This document shows, piece after piece, positions 1-9,476 of a stretch of DNA of 64,000 bases. Made by a program: the position numbers and the translations under genes. Numbering within the stretch: position 1 is the first letter of the stretch; each line of letters starts with the position of its first letter. The DNA is from an uncultured Chloroflexia bacterium. GTDB taxonomy: Bacteria > Chloroflexota > Limnocylindria > Limnocylindrales > CSP1-4. Below the pieces are notes generated by a model. It was not told the DNA's origin. It ran no database searches and saw only the letters and a program-made list of their open reading frames with translations. The stretch covers positions 1,536,386 through 1,600,385 of the forward strand of contig CAVRFC010000005.1 of the NCBI GenBank assembly GCA_963720315.1. Reading direction: 5' to 3'.

Positions 1-2
1 CG

Positions 3-914
3 ATGAGCGTGGCTCTCACGAGGGCCCGCGCGCTCGGGATAGGCACCGTGTTCGTCGCCTCCGCCGGCAGCACCGGACTGGCCGCCGCCGCCTACGCGGC
101 CCGGGCCGGCGTCCGCTGCGTCGTCCTCGTCGGCGAGGACGCGTCAGAGCGCAGGCTCCTGCCCATCGCAGCCTACGGGGCCCGGATCTTCCGGATTCAC
201 GGCTCCGTGGATGACGCGCTCGACCTCCTCGACCGGGCGGTTCGCGCGACCGGGCTCCACGACGTCTCGACCCGGCGAGCCGGAAATCCCGCCCAGGCCG
301 AGGGACCGAAGACGATCGCGTACGAGATCTTCGAACACCTCGGCCGCGTGCCGGATTGGGTCGTCGTGCCGGCCGGCGGCGGCGGGACGCTCGCCGCGAT
401 TCATCGCGGCTTCGTCGAGCTCCGGGCAATGGGTCGTGCCGACCGGCTGCCGCGGCTCGCCTCGTTCCAGCCCACTGGCTACGACACGTTTCCGCCGGCC
501 CTCGAACACGGCTGGATCACGGACGCCGACCTCCGGACGAACGCCTTCGTCGAACGGCCCTCGACGGTCCAGGTGAAGATCGCGCACACGTATGCGCCCG
601 ACGGCGCGGCGGCGCTCGCAGCGATCCGGGACTCTGACGGGACCGCGCTCAGCGTCACCGACGCCCAGGCGATCGCGGGGGTAGGGGAGCTTGCCGCCGT
701 CGAAGGGATCTTCGCCGAGCCGTCGTCGGGTGGCGTCATCGCGGCCGTCCGCAGTCTCACGGCGAACGGCCTCGCCCGACCCGACGAGGTGGTTGTCGGG
801 CTAGTCGGAGGGAATGGTTTCCGCGAGCTGGATGTGCTCGGAGCATCCATGACGAGCGGCGCGCAGGACCTCCCCGAGCCGGACGCCATCGCGTTCCTGG
901 CGTCGCTGGCGTAG
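3..914 (+). CDS. Threonine synthase-like PLP-dependent enzyme (fold type II), 5' part outside the window
   Basis: ASAGSTG (typical ASTGNT position), EGPKTIAYEIFEHLG..PDWVVVPAGGGGTL and EGIFAEPSSG motifs; the PLP-lysine region lies upstream of the window. Confidence 0.8.
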   Translation: MSVALTRARALGIGTVFVASAGSTGLAAAAYAARAGVRCVVLVGEDASERRLLPIAAYGARIFRIHGSVDDALDLLDRAVRATGLHDVSTRRAGNPAQAEGPKTIAYEIFEHLGRVPDWVVVPAGGGGTLAAIHRGFVELRAMGRADRLPRLASFQPTGYDTFPPALEHGWITDADLRTNAFVERPSTVQVKIAHTYAPDGAAALAAIRDSDGTALSVTDAQAIAGVGELAAVEGIFAEPSSGGVIAAVRSLTANGLARPDEVVVGLVGGNGFRELDVLGASMTSGAQDLPEPDAIAFLASLA

Positions 915-956
915 ACCAGCACACGGCGCGCCATCGAAGGCGCTACCCTCGCCAAC

Positions 957-1601
957 GTGCCAGTTCCACCGACCGCGCGATCGCCCATCCCGGAGGAGAT
1001 CGCCGGCCCGCGGGTCGTGGCGATCGGGCGATCGCTGCCCGCCGAGCAGATCGAACGGATCGCCGAGGGGCTGGTGGCGGGCGGGATCAGCGCGTTCGAA
1101 ATCACCCTCAACAGCCCCGATGCGTTCGGCGCGATCTCGGCGCTGGCGGAGCGCTGGGGGGAGCGTCTGCTCGTCGGCGCGGGCACGGTCCTCGATGTCG
1201 AGGGGGCCGCGCAGGCCGTCGATTCGGGGGCCAGCTTCATCGTCAGTCCCCACACCGAGCCCGCCCTCATCGACTGGGCCGTCGCTCGCGGACTGCCGGT
1301 CTTCCCCGGCGCGTTCAGCCCGACGGAGATCCTCACCGCCTGGCGCGCGGGCGCGACCGCGGTCAAGCTCTTTCCCGCGTCCGTCGCGGGACAGGCCTTC
1401 ATCCGCGAGTTCCGCGGCCCGTTCCGGGACATCCCCCTGATCGCGACCGGCGGGGTGACGATCGAATCGGCGGCGGGCTTCCTTGGCGCGGGGGCAGTTG
1501 CCGTGGGGATCGGCAGCTGGCTGACGGGGGACGGTGAACCCGATGGCATCGCCGAACGGGCGGCACGCCTGATCCGGGCGCTCGCCGGCGGGAGCGGCTG
1601 A
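957..1601 (+). CDS. eda: KDPG/KHG aldolase
   Basis: FEITLNSP, VGAGTVL, FIVSP, PGAFSPTE, VKLFPA and ATGGV motifs of the Eda family. Confidence 0.9.
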   Translation: MPVPPTARSPIPEEIAGPRVVAIGRSLPAEQIERIAEGLVAGGISAFEITLNSPDAFGAISALAERWGERLLVGAGTVLDVEGAAQAVDSGASFIVSPHTEPALIDWAVARGLPVFPGAFSPTEILTAWRAGATAVKLFPASVAGQAFIREFRGPFRDIPLIATGGVTIESAAGFLGAGAVAVGIGSWLTGDGEPDGIAERAARLIRALAGGSG

Positions 1602-2578
1602 TGGGGCAGGCGCCAGAGGTCATCGCCGTCGGCGAGCCGCTTGTTGCGCTGCTGGCCGTCGGCTCTGCGCCGCTCGCCGACGTCGAGTCGTTCAGCCGCC
1701 ACGTCGCGGGCGCCGAAGCGAACGTCGCGGTCGGGTTGGCGCGGCTCGGCCGGCGGGCGCTGTTTGTCGGGCGGGTCGGAGACGACGGCTTCGGGCGGAC
1801 GATTACTCGGCGGATGCGCGGCGAGGGGGTCGATGCCTCGGGGATCGTCGTCGATCCTGAGCGCCGGACCGGGCTGCTCGTCCGGGAGCGGCGGGCGCTC
1901 GGACCGTCGGAGGTCCTGTACTACCGGCAGGGAAGTGCCGGGTCTGCGCTTGGGCCGCCGGACGTGGATGCCGTCGCAGCCGCCTTCGTCGGCGCCCGGT
2001 GGCTGCACCTGACCGGCATCACGCCTGCCCTGTCGGACGGCGCTCACGAGGCGGTGCTCCGGGCGATCGAGCTCGCCCGAGCGAACGACGTCAGGATCAG
2101 CTTCGACGTCAATCTCCGGCGTCGTCTCTGGTCGGACGAGGCGGCGGCCGCGCGCCTTAACCCGATCGCGCTCGGAGCCGATGTGGTCTTCGGCGATGCC
2201 GACGAGCTGGCGGTGGTGGCCGGGGTGGCGCCGTCGGCGGATGGTCTCGAGGCGGCTCGGACACTGCAGGCCGGAGGCAGCGGTTCTGTCGTCGTCAAGC
2301 GAGGCGCTGCGGGTGCGACGCTGGTCGGGCAGGACGTGCCCGTCGAGGCGGCGGCGGTCGCCGTTGCGATGGTCGTCGACCCGGTCGGCGCCGGAGATGC
2401 GTTCTGTGCCGGGTACCTGGCCGCGCTGCTCGAGGCCCTTGACGCGCCCACTGCCCTGCGCTGGGGAAACGCCTGCGCCGCAGCGGCGCTCAGCGCGGAA
2501 GGCGACCTGATCGGTCTGCCAAGTCGTGTCGAGCTGGAGCGCCTGATCGGCCAAGCCGGAACGGACACGATCCGGTAG
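1601..2578 (+). CDS. kdgK: PfkB-family sugar kinase (2-keto-3-deoxygluconate kinase-like)
   Basis: AGAEANVAVGLARLG, FDVNLRRRLW and DPVGAGDAF motifs; translationally coupled to eda. Confidence 0.8.
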   Translation: MGQAPEVIAVGEPLVALLAVGSAPLADVESFSRHVAGAEANVAVGLARLGRRALFVGRVGDDGFGRTITRRMRGEGVDASGIVVDPERRTGLLVRERRALGPSEVLYYRQGSAGSALGPPDVDAVAAAFVGARWLHLTGITPALSDGAHEAVLRAIELARANDVRISFDVNLRRRLWSDEAAAARLNPIALGADVVFGDADELAVVAGVAPSADGLEAARTLQAGGSGSVVVKRGAAGATLVGQDVPVEAAAVAVAMVVDPVGAGDAFCAGYLAALLEALDAPTALRWGNACAAAALSAEGDLIGLPSRVELERLIGQAGTDTIR

Positions 2579-2593
2579 GCATGCTCCGACAAG

Positions 2594-3019
2594 ATGCCGC
2601 GATCGGCGGTCGCGGTTTACGGGACCCTGAGGCGCGGCCAGCGGAACCACGGGCTCCTCGATGGAGCCGAGTTCCTGGGAACCGGAGTCATCCGCGGCGC
2701 CCTCTTCGACGTCCCCAGGACGCCCTACCGGACGTACGCCTACCCGGCCCTCGTCGAGCTGCCCGCCCGGCGCGTCGCGGTCGAGATCTACCGGCTCGCC
2801 GACGACGAGATGCTCGCCACGCTCGATGCCCTGGAGCGGTTCGATCCGTCGGACGAGGCCGGCTCGCAATACGTGCGCCGGGTGCTCGAGGTTGCCGACG
2901 GCCCGGTCAGCAGTGCTCATGCGTATCTCTACCGCGGGTCGCCGGACGAGCTCGGCGAGCTGATCGCGTCGGGCGACTGGGTTGCTTTCACAGCCGCCAG
3001 AGGAAGTCCCGAGGGCTAA
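2594..3019 (+). CDS. Gamma-glutamylcyclotransferase (AIG2/YtfP-like) family protein
   Basis: [20 protein letters not shown] and SGDW motifs. Confidence 0.85.
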   Translation: MPRSAVAVYGTLRRGQRNHGLLDGAEFLGTGVIRGALFDVPRTPYRTYAYPALVELPARRVAVEIYRLADDEMLATLDALERFDPSDEAGSQYVRRVLEVADGPVSSAHAYLYRGSPDELGELIASGDWVAFTAARGSPEG

Positions 3020-3153
3020 GCCGCGAGGAGCGGGGCTTCTACGCGGCAACGGGCCGAAGATCCAGTACGAGCTACAGGAAAGGACCGGCCCGCATGGGCC
3101 AGTCCTATCCGGAGTCGAGCTCTGGGGAGCTCGAAGTTGCGAGAGATCCCTAC

Positions 3154-3420
3154 TCAGCCTCGGCTGAGGCCGCCACGGCGACCCGTGACGAGCCTTGCCA
3201 AAAAGATGACCGCGACCGCGCCGAGCGTCGCGATAACGATGCTTTCGACGTTGATGCCATCCACGGCGCCGAGCCTGAGACTCATTGCGACGAACCCGCC
3301 AAGAAGGCCCCCGACGACGCCGAGGACGATCATTCTCAAGAGCCCCTCACGAGAACCCATGAGCTGACTGGCGATGAAGCCGGCGATCGCGCCGACTACG
3401 ATCCATGCGACTAAGCCCAT
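3154..3420 (-). CDS. GlsB/YeaQ/YmgE transglycosylase-associated membrane protein
   Basis: 88 aa, three hydrophobic segments, WIVVGAIAGFIA..IVLGVVGGLLGG signature. Confidence 0.9.
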   Translation of the reverse strand: MGLVAWIVVGAIAGFIASQLMGSREGLLRMIVLGVVGGLLGGFVAMSLRLGAVDGINVESIVIATLGAVAVIFLARLVTGRRGGLSRG

Positions 3421-3526
3421 CGAACGCGTTCCTTTCCGTGGGGCATCCGGGGAAGCGGGGCATCAAGACCACCGCCGGGCTGCGCTCCGGCCACTGCTGG
3501 CTTGCATTGAACCATCGGAGGGTGGT

Positions 3527-3559
3527 ATTGTCAACTGTAGTGTCGATTATCAACTGTAG
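3527..3559 (+). promoter_or_regulatory. Direct-repeat operator upstream of the XRE gene
   Basis: ATTGTCAACTGTAG (3527-3540) and ATTATCAACTGTAG (3546-3559) immediately before the RBS. Confidence 0.55.
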
Positions 3560-3569
3560 GAGAGGCACC

Positions 3570-3935
3570 GTGGGAGCGTCATTTGGAGCGGTTCTGAAGC
3601 AGGCGCGCGAGGTGCGCGAACTGTCGGCCATCGACGCGGCCCGCTCCGCGGGCATCTCCCCGGCCTACCTGAGCAAGCTCGAGAACGATTCGGTCAAGAA
3701 GCCCTCGCCGCATGTTCTCCACCAGTTGAGCGAGGCCCTAGCGATACCGTATGCGGAGCTCATGCGCCTGAGCGGCTATCGCGTTCCCGGCGGCGACGAG
3801 CCGGCCGCCGCGGAGACGGTCGGCGCCGCGCTCTTCGCCGATCTCAGCGACGACGAGCGTGAGGAGCTTCTGGAATACCTCGCCTGGTATCGCGCGCGAC
3901 GACGATCGAGCCGTGGGGCAATTGGCACGAGCTGA
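3570..3935 (+). CDS. XRE-family helix-turn-helix regulator
   Basis: GTG start after AGGAG; FGAVLKQARE..GISPAYLSKLEND..KPSPHVLHQLSEAL HTH. Confidence 0.85.
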   Translation: MGASFGAVLKQAREVRELSAIDAARSAGISPAYLSKLENDSVKKPSPHVLHQLSEALAIPYAELMRLSGYRVPGGDEPAAAETVGAALFADLSDDEREELLEYLAWYRARRRSSRGAIGTS

Positions 3936-4098
3936 CCATCCGAAGCCGTCCGCGCACATGACGACCCACAACACCCGTCTGCCTCTGCTCGTCGTTTAAC
4001 CGGCCCTCCCCGCCGAGGCCTTCCTCACCGCCGGAGCCGGGGGCGGCGGGAGGAGGGTCCGCCGGCCTGGCGCTGGCCGCAATGAAACCTGTGGTTTG

Positions 4099-4460
4099 AT
4101 GTCGGACGAGGCCCTCGCCCCCGGACGTCCGGTCGTCCTCGTGGCCGAAGACGAACCCGCGATCCGCAGCCTGTTTTCGCGGGTCCTCTCCATGGCGGGC
4201 TTCGAGGTGGTGGAGGCCGTCGACGGCGAGGATGCCCTGGCCAGGCTGGCAACGATCGAGGTATCGCTCGTCCTCTGGACGCCTCGATGCCACGGCTCGA
4301 CGGGCCCGCAGTTGTCCGGCGGTTACGAGGCGATCCGGCGACCGCGCGGCTGCCGATCATCCTGGTCACCGGGTCCGTCAACGAGGCGGACCGCGTCCAG
4401 GGGCTCCACCTCGGCGCCGACGACTACTTGATCAAACCCGTTCCGATCAATGAGCTCGGT
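4099..4460 (+). pseudogene. Response regulator receiver domain, frameshifted and apparently truncated
   Basis: VLVAEDE..AVDGEDAL in one frame, then MPRLDG..GADDYLIKPV after a frameshift near 4275; no output domain before the next gene. Confidence 0.7.
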
Positions 4461-4524
4461 GCGTCCAAGCCCACGCCGCGCCTGAACCGGGGTCCTGGCG
4501 CTGAGTCTGGCACGCTTGGCGACG

Positions 4525-5223
4525 ATGAATACGAGGCCCCGAGCAGGCAAGAGCCCGCGCCGCGTGCCGCTCTCGCATCGCCGGGCGATCATCGCTCGCC
4601 ACACGCGGCTCCAGCCTGTCGAGGGCGTGACCGGAGTTCGACTCCACCTGGCGGACGAGCTGGCGCCGGTCTGGCGCGCCACGGAAACCGCGTTGCGCAT
4701 CACTGGCGCCCCGATCCCGTTCTGGGCGTTCGCGTGGGCGGGTGGGCTCGCGATCGCGCGCTACCTCGAGGAGCACCCGAACGAGGTGAGCGGCAAGCAC
4801 GTGATCGACCTGGCGACGGGATCGGGGCTATGCGCGATCGTGGCAATGCGCCTGGGCGCCGCCAGGTCGTCCGGAATCGACATCGACCCGTTCGCCGAGG
4901 CGGCCGTGGCACTCAACGCGCGGGCGAATGGGGTCAAGGTTGGCTTCATCGGCCGGGACGTGCTCGACGACGACCCGCCCGATGCGGAGGTGGTCCTGGC
5001 CGGCGACACCTGGTATGAGGGCCCGCTCGCGGAGCGTGTTCTGCCGTGGCTTCGTCGAGCGGCAGACCGCGGCACGCGGGTCCTCGTCGGCGACCCCGGC
5101 CGGCGGTATCTGCCCGCGGATGGCTTCGTCGCCCTGGCGACGTACGACGTCCACACGACGACCCAGCTGGAGGATCGGGAGATGCTGCCGGCCCGGGTGT
5201 TCACCCTCGTCGGCCCCGCCTAG
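4525..5223 (+). CDS. Class I SAM-dependent methyltransferase (METTL20/ETFB-KMT-like, nicotinamide N-methyase family)
   Basis: PFWAFAWAGG, VIDLATGSGL, VLAGDTWY and GDPGRRYLP motifs. Confidence 0.85.
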   Translation: MNTRPRAGKSPRRVPLSHRRAIIARHTRLQPVEGVTGVRLHLADELAPVWRATETALRITGAPIPFWAFAWAGGLAIARYLEEHPNEVSGKHVIDLATGSGLCAIVAMRLGAARSSGIDIDPFAEAAVALNARANGVKVGFIGRDVLDDDPPDAEVVLAGDTWYEGPLAERVLPWLRRAADRGTRVLVGDPGRRYLPADGFVALATYDVHTTTQLEDREMLPARVFTLVGPA

Positions 5224-5225
5224 CG

Positions 5226-5573
5226 TCAGTGCAGCTGGCGCTCCCATCCAGCGGGCACGCGGCCGGCTGGTCCCGGCACCGGCTGATCGAGCGGGTGATG
5301 GTCGGGCGGTGTCAGGACCGGACCCTCGAGGAACTGCTGCCTCCCGTAGTCCCAGAACCAGTCCTCGCCGGGCTCGTAGCTCTGGACGACCGCGTGCTGA
5401 GTATCGGCGGCGTGGTGGCTGGCGTGCTGCGAGGGCGACGAGTCACAACAACCGACGTGGCCGCACTGCGCGCAGCGGCGGAGGTGGAACCACCAGCCGT
5501 TCGTTGCGAGGCACTCGACACAGCCGTCGCCGCTGGGCGGCACCTCGGGGTCGATGTCGAAACCGTCAATCAT
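5226..5573 (-). CDS. UBP-type zinc finger protein
   Basis: CVEC..WFHLRRCAQCGHVGCCDSSPSQHA..H..SYEPGEDW. Confidence 0.9.
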   Translation of the reverse strand: MIDGFDIDPEVPPSGDGCVECLATNGWWFHLRRCAQCGHVGCCDSSPSQHASHHAADTQHAVVQSYEPGEDWFWDYGRQQFLEGPVLTPPDHHPLDQPVPGPAGRVPAGWERQLH

Positions 5574-6103
5574 TTGATCGCCTTTCCCGTGTTTGCCTGC
5601 TCTGTGGCCTCGAGCCAAGTGTTGTCATGCAGCCGGTAGAAGTCGGCCATCTCCTCGTCGCTCGGCCGGCCCGATCGGCCGAACTCGGCGAGGCCCTCGA
5701 AGTAGCCCTCGCGGGGAGCGCCCGGTGCGAAGTGCAGGAGCATCGTCGCCGGTTCACCGGACTCGTTCCGGAATCCGTGTATCCCGCCGATCGGTACGTG
5801 GACGAAGTCACCGGGCCGGGTTTCGATCCAGCGCGCTCCGTCATAGATCCGCACGGTCCCGCTGAGGATGTAGAACGACTCGGTGATCGACCGATGGAAG
5901 TGCGGGCCGGGGCCGCTCGGCTCCGGCCCCATGACCCACCGGTACAGCCCGAACAGGCCGTCGGTCGAGGCTCCTGTGGCCAGGTAATGGGCCGTGTTGC
6001 CGTTGGCGTACGCCAGCTCGGCCGCCTGGTCGGCGGGGCGGTAGAGGGCGCTGACCTCGCCCGTGTCGCCGAGGTATCGCGGTTCGGGATACGTCATCGC
6101 CAT
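5570..6103 (-). CDS. Cupin domain protein
   Basis: PHFHRSITESFYILSG..PGDFVHVPIGGIHGF cupin motifs. Confidence 0.85.
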   Translation of the reverse strand: MAMTYPEPRYLGDTGEVSALYRPADQAAELAYANGNTAHYLATGASTDGLFGLYRWVMGPEPSGPGPHFHRSITESFYILSGTVRIYDGARWIETRPGDFVHVPIGGIHGFRNESGEPATMLLHFAPGAPREGYFEGLAEFGRSGRPSDEEMADFYRLHDNTWLEATEQANTGKAIK

Positions 6104-6163
6104 GGATCCTTCCGCTGCTGATGTCATGCGGACGAGGATATTCGGTAGGCCCGGGCGACGAGC

Positions 6164-7144
6164 TCAAACGGTGATCACGAGCTTTCCTCGCGTGTGTCGC
6201 GTTTCCAGATATCGGATGGCCTCGGGAACCTCGGGGAGTGGGTACGTCCGGTCGATGACGGGGGTCACCTTGCCCGCCTCGATGAGTCCCTTCAAGATGT
6301 CAAGGTCGTCCTTGCTTCGCCTGCCGTACACGGGCACCAGGCGCTGGCTGACGAACGGTGACGAGACGATCGCCGACAGGATCTGTGTCAGAGGGCCGAA
6401 CCACCGGCCACCTCCGCCGCCGGTCACGACGAGGGTCCCCTTCGGGACCAACGCCCGCCTGAACGCTGCGAGCGAGTGGTTGCCGACCGTGTCAAGGATC
6501 AAGTCGTAGCGCTGTGCGGCGTTTGTGAAGTCCTCGCGGGTGTAGTCGATGGCATGGTCGGCACCGATCGAGCGAACGAGGTCCACGTTTCTGGTGCTGC
6601 AGACCCCGGTCACCTCGGCGCCGAACGACTTGGCGATCTGGACGGCAAACGTCCCGATTCCGCCCGACGCACCGTTGATCAAGACCTTCTGCCCCGCCTC
6701 GATCCGGCCTGGATCGCGCAGGCCTTGAAGGGCCGTCATCGCTGTCATCGGCACGGCCGCCGCTTGCTCGAACGTCAGGTTCGTCGGCTTGTGCGCGAGC
6801 AGGTCCTCGGGGAAGCTGATGTATTCGGCAAAGCCGCCCGCATCGACTTCGGCGAATACCTCGTCGCCCGGGCGAAACCGCGTCACGTCCTTGCCAACCG
6901 CCTCGACCTGGCCGGCCATATCGCTCCCGAGGACGGCAACTCTTCTCGGCTTGCGCAGGCCGGTTGTCACCCGCATGAGGTACGGATCGCCGCGCATGAC
7001 GCGCCAGTCAGCGGGATTGGCGGCGGCTGCCCGGATCCGTATCAGTACCTCGTCCGCCTTGACCACCGGCTTGTCGATCTCCTTGAGCTCCAGGACATCC
7101 GGTGAGCCGTACCTCGAGAAGACAATCGCCTTCATCGCGTTCAT
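6164..7144 (-). CDS. NAD(P)-dependent MDR oxidoreductase (alcohol dehydrogenase/quinone reductase-like)
   Basis: MKAIV..YGSPDVL, VLINGASGGIGTFAVQIAK and GKLVI motifs. Confidence 0.9.
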   Translation of the reverse strand: MNAMKAIVFSRYGSPDVLELKEIDKPVVKADEVLIRIRAAAANPADWRVMRGDPYLMRVTTGLRKPRRVAVLGSDMAGQVEAVGKDVTRFRPGDEVFAEVDAGGFAEYISFPEDLLAHKPTNLTFEQAAAVPMTAMTALQGLRDPGRIEAGQKVLINGASGGIGTFAVQIAKSFGAEVTGVCSTRNVDLVRSIGADHAIDYTREDFTNAAQRYDLILDTVGNHSLAAFRRALVPKGTLVVTGGGGGRWFGPLTQILSAIVSSPFVSQRLVPVYGRRSKDDLDILKGLIEAGKVTPVIDRTYPLPEVPEAIRYLETRHTRGKLVITV

Positions 7145-7365
7145 GACTCGTTCTCCGGGTAGTGGAAGACCTCGTCGAGCGGCACGTTGAAGGCTCGCGC
7201 GATTTGGAACGCCATCTCGAGAGTGGGTGAGTAGCGGCCCTGCTCGATGGCGATGATGGTCTGGCGCGTAACACCGATCCGATCCGCAAGGTCCGCTTGC
7301 GTCATCTCGCCGCTCGAGAACCTGAGAGATCGGATGTCATTGGTGACCCTGGTCGGCTTCCCCAT
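7141..7365 (-). CDS. XRE-family transcriptional regulator
   Basis: MTQADLADRIGVTRQTIIAIEQGRYSPTLE. Confidence 0.9.
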   Translation of the reverse strand: MGKPTRVTNDIRSLRFSSGEMTQADLADRIGVTRQTIIAIEQGRYSPTLEMAFQIARAFNVPLDEVFHYPENES

Positions 7366-7367
7366 GG

Positions 7368-7787
7368 CTAGAAGCCCCGGCGATAGGCGACCAGCTTCAC
7401 GGCCGTCGCGGAGATCGCGGACACGATGAAGGCGAGGTAGATCGCGTTGGCGATCCAGAAGTAGTCGACCTCTGCCATCGCGAGGCCGAACGGCACCAAT
7501 ACGCAGACGGAGAGGACGATGCCGCCGACGTACTCGCCGAGGCGATTGATGTCCTTGTCACGCTGGTCCGCCTTCCCGGCGTCCTTGGGCGAAGAGATCG
7601 CGACGACGATGTTGGCCACGATCGCGATCACGATCGCCGCACCAATGGCCGCGAGGAGCGGCACCTGGTAGGCGATCTCGGTGACGGCCGTGTTCTGAAC
7701 CTGCCCGATGATCGTCGCGAAATAGACAGCCGGTATCGCGACTGCGAGCACGGCGTAAATCCAGGTGCTCTTCTCTTCGAAGGACAT
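7368..7787 (-). CDS. Four-TM membrane protein co-transcribed with the XRE gene
   Basis: Hydrophobic ORF with a DQRDKDI motif; RBS GGAG; abuts the XRE gene. Confidence 0.75.
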   Translation of the reverse strand: MSFEEKSTWIYAVLAVAIPAVYFATIIGQVQNTAVTEIAYQVPLLAAIGAAIVIAIVANIVVAISSPKDAGKADQRDKDINRLGEYVGGIVLSVCVLVPFGLAMAEVDYFWIANAIYLAFIVSAISATAVKLVAYRRGF

Positions 7788-7800
7788 CCCTCGCTCCTTG

Positions 7801-7864
7801 TGTAAAGCATCGTTGACATCGGCAATGTAAAGCGACGCTTACACCATGTCAAGAGTGTTTTACT
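7801..7864 (-). promoter_or_regulatory. Sigma70 promoter overlapped by three 18-bp palindromic operators
   Basis: TGTnAA-N6-TTnACA boxes at 7801, 7826 and 7847; minus strand TTGACA-N17-TACATT. Confidence 0.7.
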
Positions 7865-7879
7865 CACCAACGGACATGA

Positions 7880-7917
7880 GAATGCCCGACGTCGCCGCTG
7901 GTGGACGTCGGGCATTC
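7880..7917 (-). terminator. Hairpin, probable terminator
   Basis: 14-bp perfect arms GAATGCCCGACGTC / GACGTCGGGCATTC downstream of 7945-8352. Confidence 0.55.
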
Positions 7918-7944
7918 CACGTCGGTCGTGGACGATGGCGTTTA

Positions 7945-8352
7945 TCAGGCTGAGGCGGGAACCGGTGATCTTCGCGGACTGGCCGCTGTCGTGCCATCGG
8001 GCCCGGCGATGACGTAGGCGATCATCGCCAGGACCCCGAGGTTGAAGATCCCGAGCAGCAGCAGGCCGATGAACCACGCCCTGCTGTCGAGCTGCGAGGT
8101 GTTCAGCAGTGCTCCGATCCACGACACGAGGCCGCCGATCAGCCCGCCCGTGAACGCGACTCCGCCGACGACTGCGAACCCGAGCAGGAGCCACGCGAGG
8201 GCGCTCCCCTGGACCGCGACGATGTCCTGCCCATTCATTACGAAGACGTTGTTGGCGATCGCCAACCAGACGCTGGCGATCGCGATGACGGCGCCCGCGC
8301 CGACGGTGATCGCGCTGCCGATGAAGAGTTTCGTGACTGTTGCCTTGGACAT
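7945..8352 (-). CDS. Hypothetical membrane protein
   Basis: 135-aa hydrophobic ORF with RBS AAAGGAA. Confidence 0.7.
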   Translation of the reverse strand: MSKATVTKLFIGSAITVGAGAVIAIASVWLAIANNVFVMNGQDIVAVQGSALAWLLLGFAVVGGVAFTGGLIGGLVSWIGALLNTSQLDSRAWFIGLLLLGIFNLGVLAMIAYVIAGPDGTTAASPRRSPVPASA

Positions 8353-8404
8353 GGTGGTTTCCTTTCGGGTCAGCTAGGGGAGGGGATGTGATCGCGGATG
8401 AAGG

Positions 8405-9364
8405 TCAGACGCTGATGACGACCGTGCCCCGGGCATGTCCCGCTGCGACGTGATCGATCGCCTCGGGGGTCTGGGTCAACGGGTACGTCCGGTCGATGAC
8501 CGGTTTCACCTTCCCGGCTTCGACGAGGCCCTTCAGGGCAACCAGGTCGTCGTGGTTCTGCGTCTTGACTGTTGGGCTCGCCTGCTGGCGCACGACCATC
8601 GAGGCGAGCATGGCCCGGACGGTGCGGCCCAGCTTGCCGTCGGCGTGCCCGCCGCCATTCGAGATCAGGGTCCCGGTTGGCGTCAGCGGGCGCCGGGTCC
8701 GGGCCATCGAGTTGTTGCCCACGTTGTCGAGGATGAGGTCGTAGCGCTCGGCGCCCTCGGTGAAGTCCTCCTGGGTGTAGTCGACGACGTGGTCGGCACC
8801 GATCGAGCGGACCATCTCGACGTTCTTGGTGCTGGTCACACCGGTCACCTCGGCCCCGAAGGCCTTGGCGATCTGCACGGCGAACGTGCCAACGCCGCCG
8901 GACGCCCCGTTGATCAGGACCTTCTGCCCGGGCTGGACCTTGCCGTTGTCGCGGAGCAGCTGGAGGGCGGTCGATGCGGACACGCCGACGGCGGCCGCCT
9001 GCTCGAATGTCAGATTGGCCGGCTTCTTGACGAACTGGTCCTCAGCTGCCCGAGCGTATTCGGCGAATGCGCCCGAGGCCCAGCCGAAGACCTCGTCGCC
9101 CGGCTGCAATTGCGTCACGTCCTTGCCGACCGCCTCGACCGTCCCCGCGACATCCGTTCCGGGAACCCGGTTCTTCGGCCTTCGCAGTCCGGTGGCGAAG
9201 CGCATGACGAAAGGCGAGCCCGTCATGAGGATCCAGTCACCGACGTGGATCGACGCGGCATGGACGCGAACCAACACCTCGTTGTCGCCGATCTCCGGCT
9301 TGTCGATGTCCCGTGCTTCCAGGACCTCTGCTGAGCCATACCTGTCTTGGACGATTGCCTTCAT
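8405..9364 (-). CDS. NAD(P)-dependent MDR oxidoreductase (paralog of 6164-7144)
   Basis: MKAIVQDRYGS start; VLINGASGGVGTFAVQIAK. Confidence 0.9.
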   Translation of the reverse strand: MKAIVQDRYGSAEVLEARDIDKPEIGDNEVLVRVHAASIHVGDWILMTGSPFVMRFATGLRRPKNRVPGTDVAGTVEAVGKDVTQLQPGDEVFGWASGAFAEYARAAEDQFVKKPANLTFEQAAAVGVSASTALQLLRDNGKVQPGQKVLINGASGGVGTFAVQIAKAFGAEVTGVTSTKNVEMVRSIGADHVVDYTQEDFTEGAERYDLILDNVGNNSMARTRRPLTPTGTLISNGGGHADGKLGRTVRAMLASMVVRQQASPTVKTQNHDDLVALKGLVEAGKVKPVIDRTYPLTQTPEAIDHVAAGHARGTVVISV

Positions 9365-9379
9365 GATTGGACTCCATCT

Positions 9380-9426
9380 ACTATACGGTGTAAAGTCACC
9401 AATGCCGTGACTGTACGGTGTAAAGT
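9380..9426. promoter_or_regulatory. Tandem TetR operators
   Basis: ACTATACGGTGTAAAGT (9380) and ACTGTACGGTGTAAAGT (9410), imperfect palindromes between the divergent MDR and TetR genes. Confidence 0.7.
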
Positions 9427-9476
9427 AGAACCTGTCAACCCCTGATCTCGGTGGCCATTGGGGCGAAAGGAGTCCC

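Noticed and set aside
479-3049. Very long antisense or alternate-frame ORFs (e.g. 479-3049, 18723-20225, 23199-24719, 37722-38945)
   Set aside because: Shadow ORFs typical of high-GC DNA, opposite genes with clear family motifs
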